A DNA stretch of 15,840 bases from a candidate division WOR-3 bacterium (lineage in GTDB: Bacteria; Hydrothermota; Hydrothermia; JBDRYB01). Both the position numbers and the translations under genes were made by a program. Below are positions 8,946 through 15,840 of the stretch, piece by piece; the stretch's first letter is position 1, and every line of letters begins with the position of its first letter. The stretch covers positions 1-15,840 of the forward strand of contig JBMFOM010000037.1 in assembly GCA_049969615.1 (NCBI GenBank). Direction: 5' to 3'. The notes under the pieces were generated by a model. That model did not search any database. It was given only the letters and a program-made list of their open reading frames with translations, and was not told the DNA's origin.

Positions 8946-9823
8946 AAAACCACAGGCTCTCCCTGAGCGCGGCCGTTATTCTCTGGAGCACTTCATTCCC
9001 AGTGATAAAATGGGCGCTTTTTTACACGAATCCAGGCCCCCTTCTAGCTGTCCGGTTCATCATAGCGGGAATCAGCGCGCTCTCACTCTTCGCTATCCTG
9101 CAAAAGCCCTTTCCTTGGCACATACTGAGAAAGAAGGAAATATGGGCTATGGCCATATCAAACGCCATGGGTTTCGCGCTACAGTTCTTTGGCCAAGACC
9201 TCACCACAGCCTCAAAGGCCGCCCTTATCATAAACAGCTATGTTATCTCGGTTGCCCTCGTCGCGCCCATATTTCTAAAGGAAAGGATAAACCCCCCAAC
9301 TGGTGCGGGGGTTATCATAGGGTTCATCGGCGCTGGCATAGTGTCAACTGGACTCAACCCATCGTTCATGAGCAAGGGCAGTTTCGTGGGTGATCTGATG
9401 TGTGTTGGCGCGGCAATGGTCTATACCATATATATCGTAATCTCAAAGAGGCTGATTGACTCCGGCTGGGATGTCCTTGAAATCGCTTTTGGAACAATGG
9501 TCCTGACCGCGCCGCTCACCCTACCGTTCCTCTTCGTGGGCATCGGATCTTTTGGCTGGATGACCGCAGGTGTGGGGGCTTACCTAGGGATATTCTGCTC
9601 GCTTATTCCTTTCATATTTTACATATACAGCCTGCGCGGCATATCCGCAACCGCCTCCTCGGTGATGCTCCTCGGCGAGGTCGTCCTCGCGGTCTCCTGG
9701 AGTTTTATTTTCCTGCGTGAGAGATTGGGTGTGGCCGAATGGGCTGGCGCCGCCCTGGTTCTCTCAGCAATACTGTTGGTGGGGTTGAGAGGAAAAGAGA
9801 ATTCTGATAAAATGCTCTCGTGA
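8942..9823 (+). CDS. EamA/DMT family transporter
   Basis: 293 aa, about 10 hydrophobic segments in two EamA repeats (ILWSTSFPVIK, RF, FLKER; GDL, FLRERL). ATGA overlap with the upstream gene. Confidence 0.92.
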   Translation: MKNHRLSLSAAVILWSTSFPVIKWALFYTNPGPLLAVRFIIAGISALSLFAILQKPFPWHILRKKEIWAMAISNAMGFALQFFGQDLTTASKAALIINSYVISVALVAPIFLKERINPPTGAGVIIGFIGAGIVSTGLNPSFMSKGSFVGDLMCVGAAMVYTIYIVISKRLIDSGWDVLEIAFGTMVLTAPLTLPFLFVGIGSFGWMTAGVGAYLGIFCSLIPFIFYIYSLRGISATASSVMLLGEVVLAVSWSFIFLRERLGVAEWAGAALVLSAILLVGLRGKENSDKMLS

Positions 9824-9861
9824 CGGGATTCCTCAGGGTTTTACTCTTTGATTTTGGGGTG

Positions 9862-10386
9862 TTATCGCCAGCTCGCGTGAAAAGGCAATAGGTCTTCCTC
9901 TCTGGGCAACAAGTCCACCTTAACATCCCTTGCACCAGAGAGCTCAAGAGCCCTCTCAACCCATCCAGCTATGTTGTGTCGGTAGAGTTCCGGGAGATCG
10001 GGGCAACCGGCTAAACAGAAACGGACAGCGCTCGCGCCGTCTGGTGTGACAATTATCTTGCCAAAGTCGTGATAAAAACCCCATAGGGTATTTGTCCTCT
10101 TTACTATGAATGTGGGGCTGGCAAAGAAAAAAAGTAGCCTATGGGGACCACTGGCGGCTTTGTCAGCTGAATATCTCCCGGTCTCCCATGCTATGACCGT
10201 AGGTTCCAAGGCAAGGGCCTTTGCTATGCCCTCAAGCACATCGCAAAACGCGGGGACGGGATACCAGCTGTTTGAGTTAGGGCTCAGCGGCAGGCCCGCG
10301 CGCATAAATATCTCGCCCCACTTATCCCCCAGCTTCTCCTGGGTAAATGAGGCCAATTCTATCACATCGTAGCCTCTGACATTCAT
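9862..10386 (-). CDS. Hypothetical protein resembling DUF2378/TIGR02265 (V4R/H-NOX-like fold), 174 aa
   Basis: Start ATG 10386 with SD GGAGGTG (10396-10390). Motifs WYP, GRYSA, ASP..., LWGFYHDFG, GWVERALELSG..V.V and terminal W match my recollection of the family. The extra 70 N-terminal codons in the ORF track lie mostly in the repeat. Confidence 0.6.
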   Translation of the reverse strand: MNVRGYDVIELASFTQEKLGDKWGEIFMRAGLPLSPNSNSWYPVPAFCDVLEGIAKALALEPTVIAWETGRYSADKAASGPHRLLFFFASPTFIVKRTNTLWGFYHDFGKIIVTPDGASAVRFCLAGCPDLPELYRHNIAGWVERALELSGARDVKVDLLPREEDLLPFHASWR

Positions 10387-10410
10387 CTTCACCTCCCGGA
10401 TGAGCGTGAA

Positions 10411-10439
10411 ATTATAACCTACTTCCCGTGCAGGATCAA
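10411..10439 (-). promoter_or_regulatory. sigma70-type promoter TTGATC-N17-TATAAT
   Basis: TTGATCCTGCACGGGAAGTAGGTTATAAT on the minus strand, 24 nt upstream of the ATG at 10386. Confidence 0.75.
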
Positions 10440-10610
10440 GTGTTTGCGAGTTTAGGGAGACCGGACAGATCTGAGGCAATAGTTCTAAGTCTTTATGTTT
10501 TTTAGAGACCCCAGATTGAGCCGCGCCCGGGTTCCAAAGACAGGATAAAAATGTTATCTGGGTTGATCCCTTTATAATCCGAGACTTACAACCCATCGCG
10601 AGATCTGGGT
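10411..10610 (-). repeat. Full-length copy of the ~200-bp dispersed intergenic repeat
   Basis: Reverse complement aligns with 13778-13971 at about 140/191 aligned positions by hand (indels of 3 and 9 nt); 26-nt perfect block at 10502-10527. Confidence 0.92.
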
Positions 10611-10797
10611 GATCAGTGGTTCAGGTCCGGTGGAACTCCCTTATCTAGCCTGAGAACTATCGGGACCCCGGTCGGCCCTCGCACTGATTGACCGAGGAGC
10701 CAACCTGAGGGAGACAAAGTTGGCGCCCATATATCTCCAGCGCTACGAAGGGCACACAAAGCCTCCTTCTGTACCATTATCTCAAGAACCCGGGACG

Positions 10798-10824
10798 AAA
10801 AAGCCCCGGCTCAGGGCCGGGGCT
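10798..10824 (-). terminator. Rho-independent terminator
   Basis: Minus strand AGCCCCGGC-CCTGA-GCCGGGGCT-TTTT: perfect 9-bp GC-rich stem plus U tract, 23 nt after the stop at 10848. Confidence 0.8.
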
Positions 10825-10847
10825 GTTGGCTTCAGGGCAGGCAGATC

Positions 10848-11138
10848 TTATGCAGAAGGCGGCGCGGCCTGGGCGCTGAGCTCCTTGAAATACTTTATGC
10901 CCTCTATGAGGGCCCAAATCCACGCGCCCAGGGACGCGAGGATGGTTATGCCCAATGTGCAGGCCGAGAGCACGATACCGCCCACATAGAGGATGAGCTG
11001 GATTATCGCGTTCATCCGCGCCTTCTTGGCCTTGTCCGCGTCGTCCTTCACCCCAGCGGCGTAGATGAGACCGCCCACGCCTGGGATGATGATATTCAGT
11101 ATCAGCACCAATATGCCTCTTGTCTTTGGATCGTCCAT
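10848..11138 (-). CDS. Small membrane protein, paralog 1 (TM2-like or SPEC3/Stum-like), 96 aa
   Basis: Strong SD AGGAGGT at 11152-11146; motif LILNIIIPGVGGLIY...AIIQL...WIWALIEG; own promoter candidate and terminator. Confidence 0.85.
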   Translation of the reverse strand: MDDPKTRGILVLILNIIIPGVGGLIYAAGVKDDADKAKKARMNAIIQLILYVGGIVLSACTLGITILASLGAWIWALIEGIKYFKELSAQAAPPSA

Positions 11139-11169
11139 TTATCAAACCTCCTTTTTCAGGTTTTGGCAA

Positions 11170-11199
11170 ATTTTAATGGCTGAGGTCAAGCTGATGCAA
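11170..11199 (-). promoter_or_regulatory. Putative promoter TTGCAT-N18-TAAAAT
   Basis: Upstream of paralog 1; same architecture and flanks as 12032-12061. Confidence 0.45.
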
Positions 11200-11331
11200 C
11201 TATCTGAGAGGTAGGAATATGTGAGAGCTCAGGACCGGTTGTCAGCGCAAGCAAAATCCAGGAACCGTGGCGACAAGGAGCAATAGCACAAACGTTTCAT
11301 GTCTCCGCAAAGGGTCTTCACCTCAAAAGGC

Positions 11332-11595
11332 CTAGCCCTGGGAGTGCCGGTATATCTCAATCCCTTCAACTATGGCCCATATCCAGACCACAAAAACTGC
11401 AATGATTATGAAATACAGATACTTGTTGCAGGAGGCCATGATTACCGAAAACCAGAAGAGGCAAAGCTGTATAAGTGCCCTTATCCACACCTGTCTATCC
11501 CTCTGAAACCAGACCGAGTATACAAGGCCACCCAGGCCAGGCATCACTATGTTGAGGATGAGGATCAGCGCGGCCTTTGCCCTGGGGTCATCCAT
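11332..11595 (-). CDS. Small membrane protein, paralog 2, 87 aa
   Basis: MDDPRAKAALILILNIVMPGLGGLVY...ALIQL...WIWAIVEGI, clearly homologous to paralog 1; ATG abuts the upstream TGA. Confidence 0.85.
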   Translation of the reverse strand: MDDPRAKAALILILNIVMPGLGGLVYSVWFQRDRQVWIRALIQLCLFWFSVIMASCNKYLYFIIIAVFVVWIWAIVEGIEIYRHSQG

Positions 11596-12009
11596 TCAGC
11601 TTGATGTTTGCGAATGCTGGTAAATGGCTATCGCGTCAATTATGGCCCAGACATACATGCCAATGGGCGGTAGGAGAAGTATGAACACGAAAAGGTAAAG
11701 AACAGCGCCCAGACCCAGGGTGACACCGGTTATGATGGGAAGGGCGAAGAACGAACAGCAGACGAGGAGGACCAACGATCCGACGCTCACTATGAGCTGG
11801 GTGAGGCCGTTCTTGAAAAACCTTTCCGTGGAGGGGTCGGTCGTCTTCTGGGTCGCACCATAGATTATCCCGCCTATGCCGACCCCGGCGAAGCCCGTGA
11901 ACAGGGGAACCAGTATATTCACCAGCATGCAGATGAGGCCCATGGTGTTCTTGTTATCCTTAGCAGTGGGCTTCGCACCCTCTTCTGGCTTCTGTGTCTC
12001 TTCAGACAT
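11596..12009 (-). CDS. Small membrane protein, paralog 3 (more divergent), 137 aa
   Basis: LICMLVNILVP...GIGGIIYG...GLTQL...YVWAIIDAIAIYQHSQ; GGAG SD upstream; C-terminal IYQHSQ matches IYRHSQ of paralog 2. Confidence 0.82.
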   Translation of the reverse strand: MSEETQKPEEGAKPTAKDNKNTMGLICMLVNILVPLFTGFAGVGIGGIIYGATQKTTDPSTERFFKNGLTQLIVSVGSLVLLVCCSFFALPIITGVTLGLGAVLYLFVFILLLPPIGMYVWAIIDAIAIYQHSQTSS

Positions 12010-12031
12010 ATCGTTACTCCATCAGGGCAAA

Positions 12032-12061
12032 ATTCTAGTGGCTAGACTCCCACCGATTCAA
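12032..12061 (-). promoter_or_regulatory. Putative promoter TTGAAT-N18-TAGAAT
   Basis: Upstream of paralog 3. Confidence 0.45.
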
Positions 12062-12211
12062 CATTGATCTTTTCACAGTGTCATGCCATCCTGTCTGAGC
12101 GCGGCCATATCTAACCCGGAGGTTATTGATAATACAAGGATATACATTGCCGCGATAATCACCGCGTTCATGTATATGGAGCAGGCGCGCCGGTTCCGGA
12201 GGTCTTTCAGC

Positions 12212-12240
12212 TTGATCCATCCCGGTCCTTTCAATATCAT
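12212..12240 (+). promoter_or_regulatory. Putative dprA promoter TTGATC-N17-TATCAT
   Basis: Same -35 hexamer as the repeat-borne promoters, 17-nt spacer, -10 box 8 nt before the TTG start. Confidence 0.55.
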
Positions 12241-12248
12241 TTGGCACT

Positions 12249-13313
12249 TTGCGAGAATTAAGGGATTCGCTCGCGGAAAAGATAGGCCTTTTGGCCGTTA
12301 AGGGCCTTGGCCCGGTGCGCTACAGGAAGCTAATAGCCTCGTTCGGATCGCCGGGGGCCGTTTTCTCGGCTAGGGTCGCGGAGCTGGGGCCATTGGTTGG
12401 CGAAAAGGTTGCCCTTGCCATCAAGGTCTTTGATTTCTCAACCGTGGCCGATGACATCCTGTTCGTGGAGCAGGCCGGAATCCACGCGATTGGCTTCTGG
12501 GAGGCTGGTTATCCCACGCACCTCGCGCAGTTGGACGATGCCCCGGCCCTGCTTTTTGTGATGGGAGACCCCGGTATTCTCATGGAGCCAGGGGTCGCTG
12601 TTGTGGGAACGAGAAACCCCACCTCATACGGCCGAAGGGTCGCGGAGGAGTTGGGGGGTGCGCTCGGGAGGGCTGGCATAACCCTAATATCAGGTGGCGC
12701 CTTGGGCATAGATGGGATAGCGCACAGGGCCATCCTGAAAGCCGGCGGCAAGACTGTCGCGGTCATGGGTTCGGGCCACAGGCACCCCTCGCCCTCGTCC
12801 CATCTTGAGCTCTTCGCTCGGATAGCCGAGACTGGCGGCGCAGTGGTCTCCGAGTTCCTGCCGTCGGTAAAACCGGAACCAGGGCACTTTCCCGGCAGGA
12901 ACAGAATAATCTCTGGCCTCTCCTGGGCAACGGTAATTGTGGAGGGGGATGTTGATTCTGGCGCAATGATAACCGCAGGGCACGCCCTCAACCAGGGAAG
13001 GGATGTCTACGCTGTGCCCGGAAACATATTCTCGGATAAGAGCAGGGGAACCAACAGGCTCCTATCTCAGGGCGCCTATGTTTATACTGGCCCGGAGGTT
13101 CTCCTGGGCCAGGGAAGGGAAAGACCCTTGCCGGAAATAGACCCGAACGAGAAGCCAGTTTTTGACCTGGTAAAAGCAGAACCCATGCATGTTGATGAAA
13201 TAGCCGAAGCCCTGGGAATTGACGCGCCGCAAGCCCTTTCGGTCCTCCTCTCCCTGGAGATGAAGGGCGCGGTTAGGCAACTTCCGGGAAAGTTCTTCGT
13301 GAGGGAAAGATAA
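12249..13313 (+). CDS. dprA: DNA-processing protein DprA (Smf)
   Basis: N-terminal HhH-like VKGLGPVRY, YPTHLAQLDDAP, VAVVGTR, SGGALGIDGIAH, FPGRNRIISGLS, SGAMITA, VYAVPG, C-terminal winged helix (LLSLEMKG.V...PG). TTG start. Confidence 0.97.
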   Translation: MRELRDSLAEKIGLLAVKGLGPVRYRKLIASFGSPGAVFSARVAELGPLVGEKVALAIKVFDFSTVADDILFVEQAGIHAIGFWEAGYPTHLAQLDDAPALLFVMGDPGILMEPGVAVVGTRNPTSYGRRVAEELGGALGRAGITLISGGALGIDGIAHRAILKAGGKTVAVMGSGHRHPSPSSHLELFARIAETGGAVVSEFLPSVKPEPGHFPGRNRIISGLSWATVIVEGDVDSGAMITAGHALNQGRDVYAVPGNIFSDKSRGTNRLLSQGAYVYTGPEVLLGQGRERPLPEIDPNEKPVFDLVKAEPMHVDEIAEALGIDAPQALSVLLSLEMKGAVRQLPGKFFVRER

Positions 13314-13332
13314 ACATGAGGAGGTAAATGAT

Positions 13333-13752
13333 ATGGCCATGACAGAAGACGAAGTGCTGGAGCTCTGGGAGCAGATCTCCGGCTACAACTCCGACTGGGA
13401 TAGCATCATAATGGACCTCTTAGATGAGATTGACAGCATGCTTTCCCAGATGACCGTGACAAGGGAAGATGATGAATACGGCTCCTACAGTACAACGGAT
13501 GATTCCTCTCCGGACCTCCAGCATCTCAGGGATACCCTGGTTGATCTCAGGAAGATAATATCCAACGAGGTCAATTCTGCCCTAACCGGCGAGACAGTCA
13601 AGACCGAGCTGGCGGAGTTTTTCGCGAGGGCATCCGAAACGCTCCACCAAATTGAAACAAAGGTCTTTGAACTGCGGGAGCTAACAGGGGAGTTTGACAT
13701 CTACGAGATGGAGGAGGATATGTGGGAAGAGGAAGAAGGAGAGGAGGAATAA
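13333..13752 (+). CDS. Highly acidic helical hypothetical protein, 139 aa
   Basis: SD GGAGGT just upstream, 19 nt after the dprA stop; about 41 D/E versus 8 K/R; poly-Glu tail. Confidence 0.8.
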   Translation: MAMTEDEVLELWEQISGYNSDWDSIIMDLLDEIDSMLSQMTVTREDDEYGSYSTTDDSSPDLQHLRDTLVDLRKIISNEVNSALTGETVKTELAEFFARASETLHQIETKVFELRELTGEFDIYEMEEDMWEEEEGEEE

Positions 13753-13777
13753 CGCTCCTGCCCCGCAAGGTGTTGTA

Positions 13778-13971
13778 ACCGAGATTGAGTGGCAAGTTGT
13801 AAGCATTGAATTGTTAAGGAATCAGTCCAACTAAAAGATTGTTCATCCTATCCTTGGAATTCAGGCGCGGCTCAATCTGGGGTCTCTAAGGAACTAGGAC
13901 CACTACCTCTGGTATGTTCGGTCTTCCCGGATACACAAATAATTGATCCTGCGCAGGAAGTAGGTTATAAT
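13778..13971 (+). repeat. Full-length copy of the ~200-bp dispersed intergenic repeat
   Basis: Homologous to the reverse complement of 10411-10610; contains GGCGCGGCTCAATCTGGGGTCTCTAA (13864-13889), identical in both copies. Confidence 0.92.
13943..13971 (+). promoter_or_regulatory. sigma70-type promoter TTGATC-N17-TATAAT, probably giving a leaderless mRNA
   Basis: TTGATCCTGCGCAGGAAGTAGGTTATAAT; ATG lies 7 nt after the -10 box. Confidence 0.75.
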
Positions 13972-13978
13972 CTCAAGC

Positions 13979-15142
13979 ATGAAAAAGCTCCGGATAATTC
14001 AGTGTTCTGATGCATATTATCCCTTTCCCGGTGGCGTGACAGAGCACCTTCACCATCTTACACTTGCCCTCAGGGAGCGCGGCCACCATGTTGATATACT
14101 AACAGCCGGCTACGAGGGCGCGCCTGAGAGCGAGGAGGGGATCATTCGCGTCGGCAAGATAAAGATACTGAAGGCAACCAAAGCGTTCAATCTCACTCAA
14201 CTCACAATCACCCCAATTACCCCAAAGGTCGCTCAGAAGGTCAAGGAGGTCGTTCGGTCCGGCTACGATATAATCCATGTTCACGGCCCCTATGCGCCAA
14301 ACCTCCCATTTCTCGCGGCCAGGGCCTCGCTTTCTCCTGTTGTGGCAACCCACCATACGGCCTTTGTGGGTTTCAACTGGCACAAGCTGGGGCGGTTCGC
14401 CTTCCGGGGGCTTTCCAAGCGCATAGATGCTAATGTTGGTGTGTCACGGGTCGCTACGGACGAGATATTTCCATATTACCCGGGCCATAACTACTGCATA
14501 ATCCCAAACGGCGTTGACACGAAACGTTTCAGGCCGGATGTCCCCATGATTGAAAAACTCATGAGCATAAAGGGCCCGAAAATCCTCTATGTCGGCCGAA
14601 TGGAACCACGGAAAGGTTTTCCATATATACTGGAAGCGTTCAAGCTGGTGAAGATGGAGATTCCGGACGCTGTTCTCGTCGCCTGCGGAAAGGGACCGAA
14701 CCTGGAGCTATACAAGAAATCCGTGCCATCCGAGCTCAGGGATTCGGTTCTCTTTGAGGGTTTCGTGCCAACCGATCTCTTGCCTTCATACTACGCCTCG
14801 GTGGACCTCTACACCTCCCCCGCGGTAGGCGGCGAGACATTCGGCATAGTCCTCATTGAGGCAATGGCTTGCGGAACTCCGGTCGTCGCGAGTCATATCT
14901 CCGGATATGCGCAGGTCATAGAATCTGGAGTCAACGGCATTCTAACGGACATCTGGAACCCAGAGACCTACGCCGCGGATATCGTCAGGGTTCTTTCTGA
15001 CCGCGAGCTCTATGCCAGGCTTAGGCAAGAGGGCCTTCGCTCCGCGGACAGATACTCCTGGCCACGTGTGGCCGAGCAGGCCGAGGCCCTTTACTATAGG
15101 ATACTTGACGCTAGGGAAAGGGGTGTTCCCTGGTATTCATAA
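13979..15142 (+). CDS. GT4 family glycosyltransferase, PimA-like (phosphatidylinositol alpha-mannosyltransferase-like)
   Basis: PGGV, DIIHVH, IIPNGVD, YVGRMEPRKG, GGETFGIVLIEAMACG (EX7E), YSW. Substrate not certain. Confidence 0.88.
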   Translation: MKKLRIIQCSDAYYPFPGGVTEHLHHLTLALRERGHHVDILTAGYEGAPESEEGIIRVGKIKILKATKAFNLTQLTITPITPKVAQKVKEVVRSGYDIIHVHGPYAPNLPFLAARASLSPVVATHHTAFVGFNWHKLGRFAFRGLSKRIDANVGVSRVATDEIFPYYPGHNYCIIPNGVDTKRFRPDVPMIEKLMSIKGPKILYVGRMEPRKGFPYILEAFKLVKMEIPDAVLVACGKGPNLELYKKSVPSELRDSVLFEGFVPTDLLPSYYASVDLYTSPAVGGETFGIVLIEAMACGTPVVASHISGYAQVIESGVNGILTDIWNPETYAADIVRVLSDRELYARLRQEGLRSADRYSWPRVAEQAEALYYRILDARERGVPWYS

Positions 15143-15158
15143 TCGCTGGCCGGGCAGG

Positions 15159-15656
15159 CTACCTCACGACTAGCTTTCCCTTGAACACTGGGTAGGTCCC
15201 CGTACCTGCTCCTATAATCCAGATATAAGCCCCCTGTTCAAGGGGGATCCGGTTCTGGCCTTTCTCTAGGTTGCCGGAATATGCGAGCCTACCCTCAACT
15301 GAGTATATCCTTATTCCGAGATCGACCCTTGAATTGAACACGAGGCCGCCGGATACAGGGGAGCAGGTTATTCCGGAGCCGGGGAGGATGTCCTGCTCTT
15401 CAACGCCCGGCGGGCAAGCGTCGGTTATCGTGAGGGTTGGTGCTGTCGCAGTCGGCGAACAGCTTGCGCCCAGGGAAGGTGATGATGTGCTCGGGGAGGG
15501 GCGTCCACGGTCGGCGAGTAGGCCCGAATGCACCCAGGGTAGTTCCCGTCCTGGTCCAGCTTGAGCACGAGGAAATCGTCATTGCCGGCGCAGAAACTTA
15601 TATGTCGCTCCCGCTACCGCACAGCCTCCGTCAGAGGTCTGGATTATGGAGAGGGT
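15159..15656 (-). pseudogene. 5'-truncated, doubly frameshifted remnant of a secreted beta-propeller protein with T9SS-like C-terminal domain
   Basis: Stitching three frames gives SIIQTSDGGCAVAGATY / SFCAGNDDFLVLKLDQDGNYPGCIRAYSPTV / PSPSTSSP...CPPGVEE...IRIYSVEGRLAYSG...GAYIW...KGKLVVR*; frameshifts near 15599 and 15503. Confidence 0.75.
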
Positions 15657-15840
15657 GGTACCATTCCCCCTGAGTAGGCACCTGAAGTATTTCTATGTGG
15701 TGCCCTTTCATGGGCTTTGTTAAGCCCAAGTTTGACACCAAAACCCCATTTCTAGCTACCCCCATGTTCTGAGATCCGCATAAAATCAAGGTTTGGTTTC
15801 TTGGAATGGTCAGTTTTGGTCAAAAACATGGTGCCGACAT

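Noticed and set aside
10387-10596. 70-aa N-terminal extension of the 244-aa ORF
   Set aside because: It lies mostly in the repeat/promoter; the equivalent frame of the other copy contains a stop, and a strong SD precedes ATG 10386.
11229-11300. Short minus-strand ORF or signal-peptide-like remnant (MKR / FVLLLLVATVPGFC)
   Set aside because: Needs a frameshift and is too short to support.
13778-13971. Coding origin of the repeat (indels are 3 and 9 nt)
   Set aside because: Substitutions are not concentrated at third codon positions and the frames I checked contain stops; not fully excluded without BLASTX.
1-15840. CRISPR array, tRNA/rRNA, transposase or integrase
   Set aside because: No regularly spaced direct repeats, RNA-gene signatures or recombinase motifs were seen.

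Overview
Bacterial chromosomal window of housekeeping and envelope genes. The style of the secreted proteins suggests an FCB-associated lineage such as WOR-3, which is inference only. Gene order: partial LVIVD-repeat protein (-), thrS (-), a ~490-bp unexplained gap, glutamine-dependent nadE (-), then a divergent + strand operon (ispG, Wza/SLBB polysaccharide export protein, M1 aminopeptidase with a T9SS-like C-terminal domain, EamA/DMT transporter). These are followed by a DUF2378-like protein (-), three tandem paralogous small membrane proteins (-), dprA and a very acidic protein (+), a PimA-like GT4 glycosyltransferase (+), and a frameshifted remnant of a secreted beta-propeller protein (-). 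No rRNA, tRNA, CRISPR array or transposase was seen. The most notable signal is a dispersed non-coding element present three times: 13778-13971 (+), 10411-10610 (-) and a partial copy at 4824-4907 (+). Each copy ends in a conserved sigma70-type promoter pointing into an unrelated gene. Several first-in-operon genes also look leaderless.
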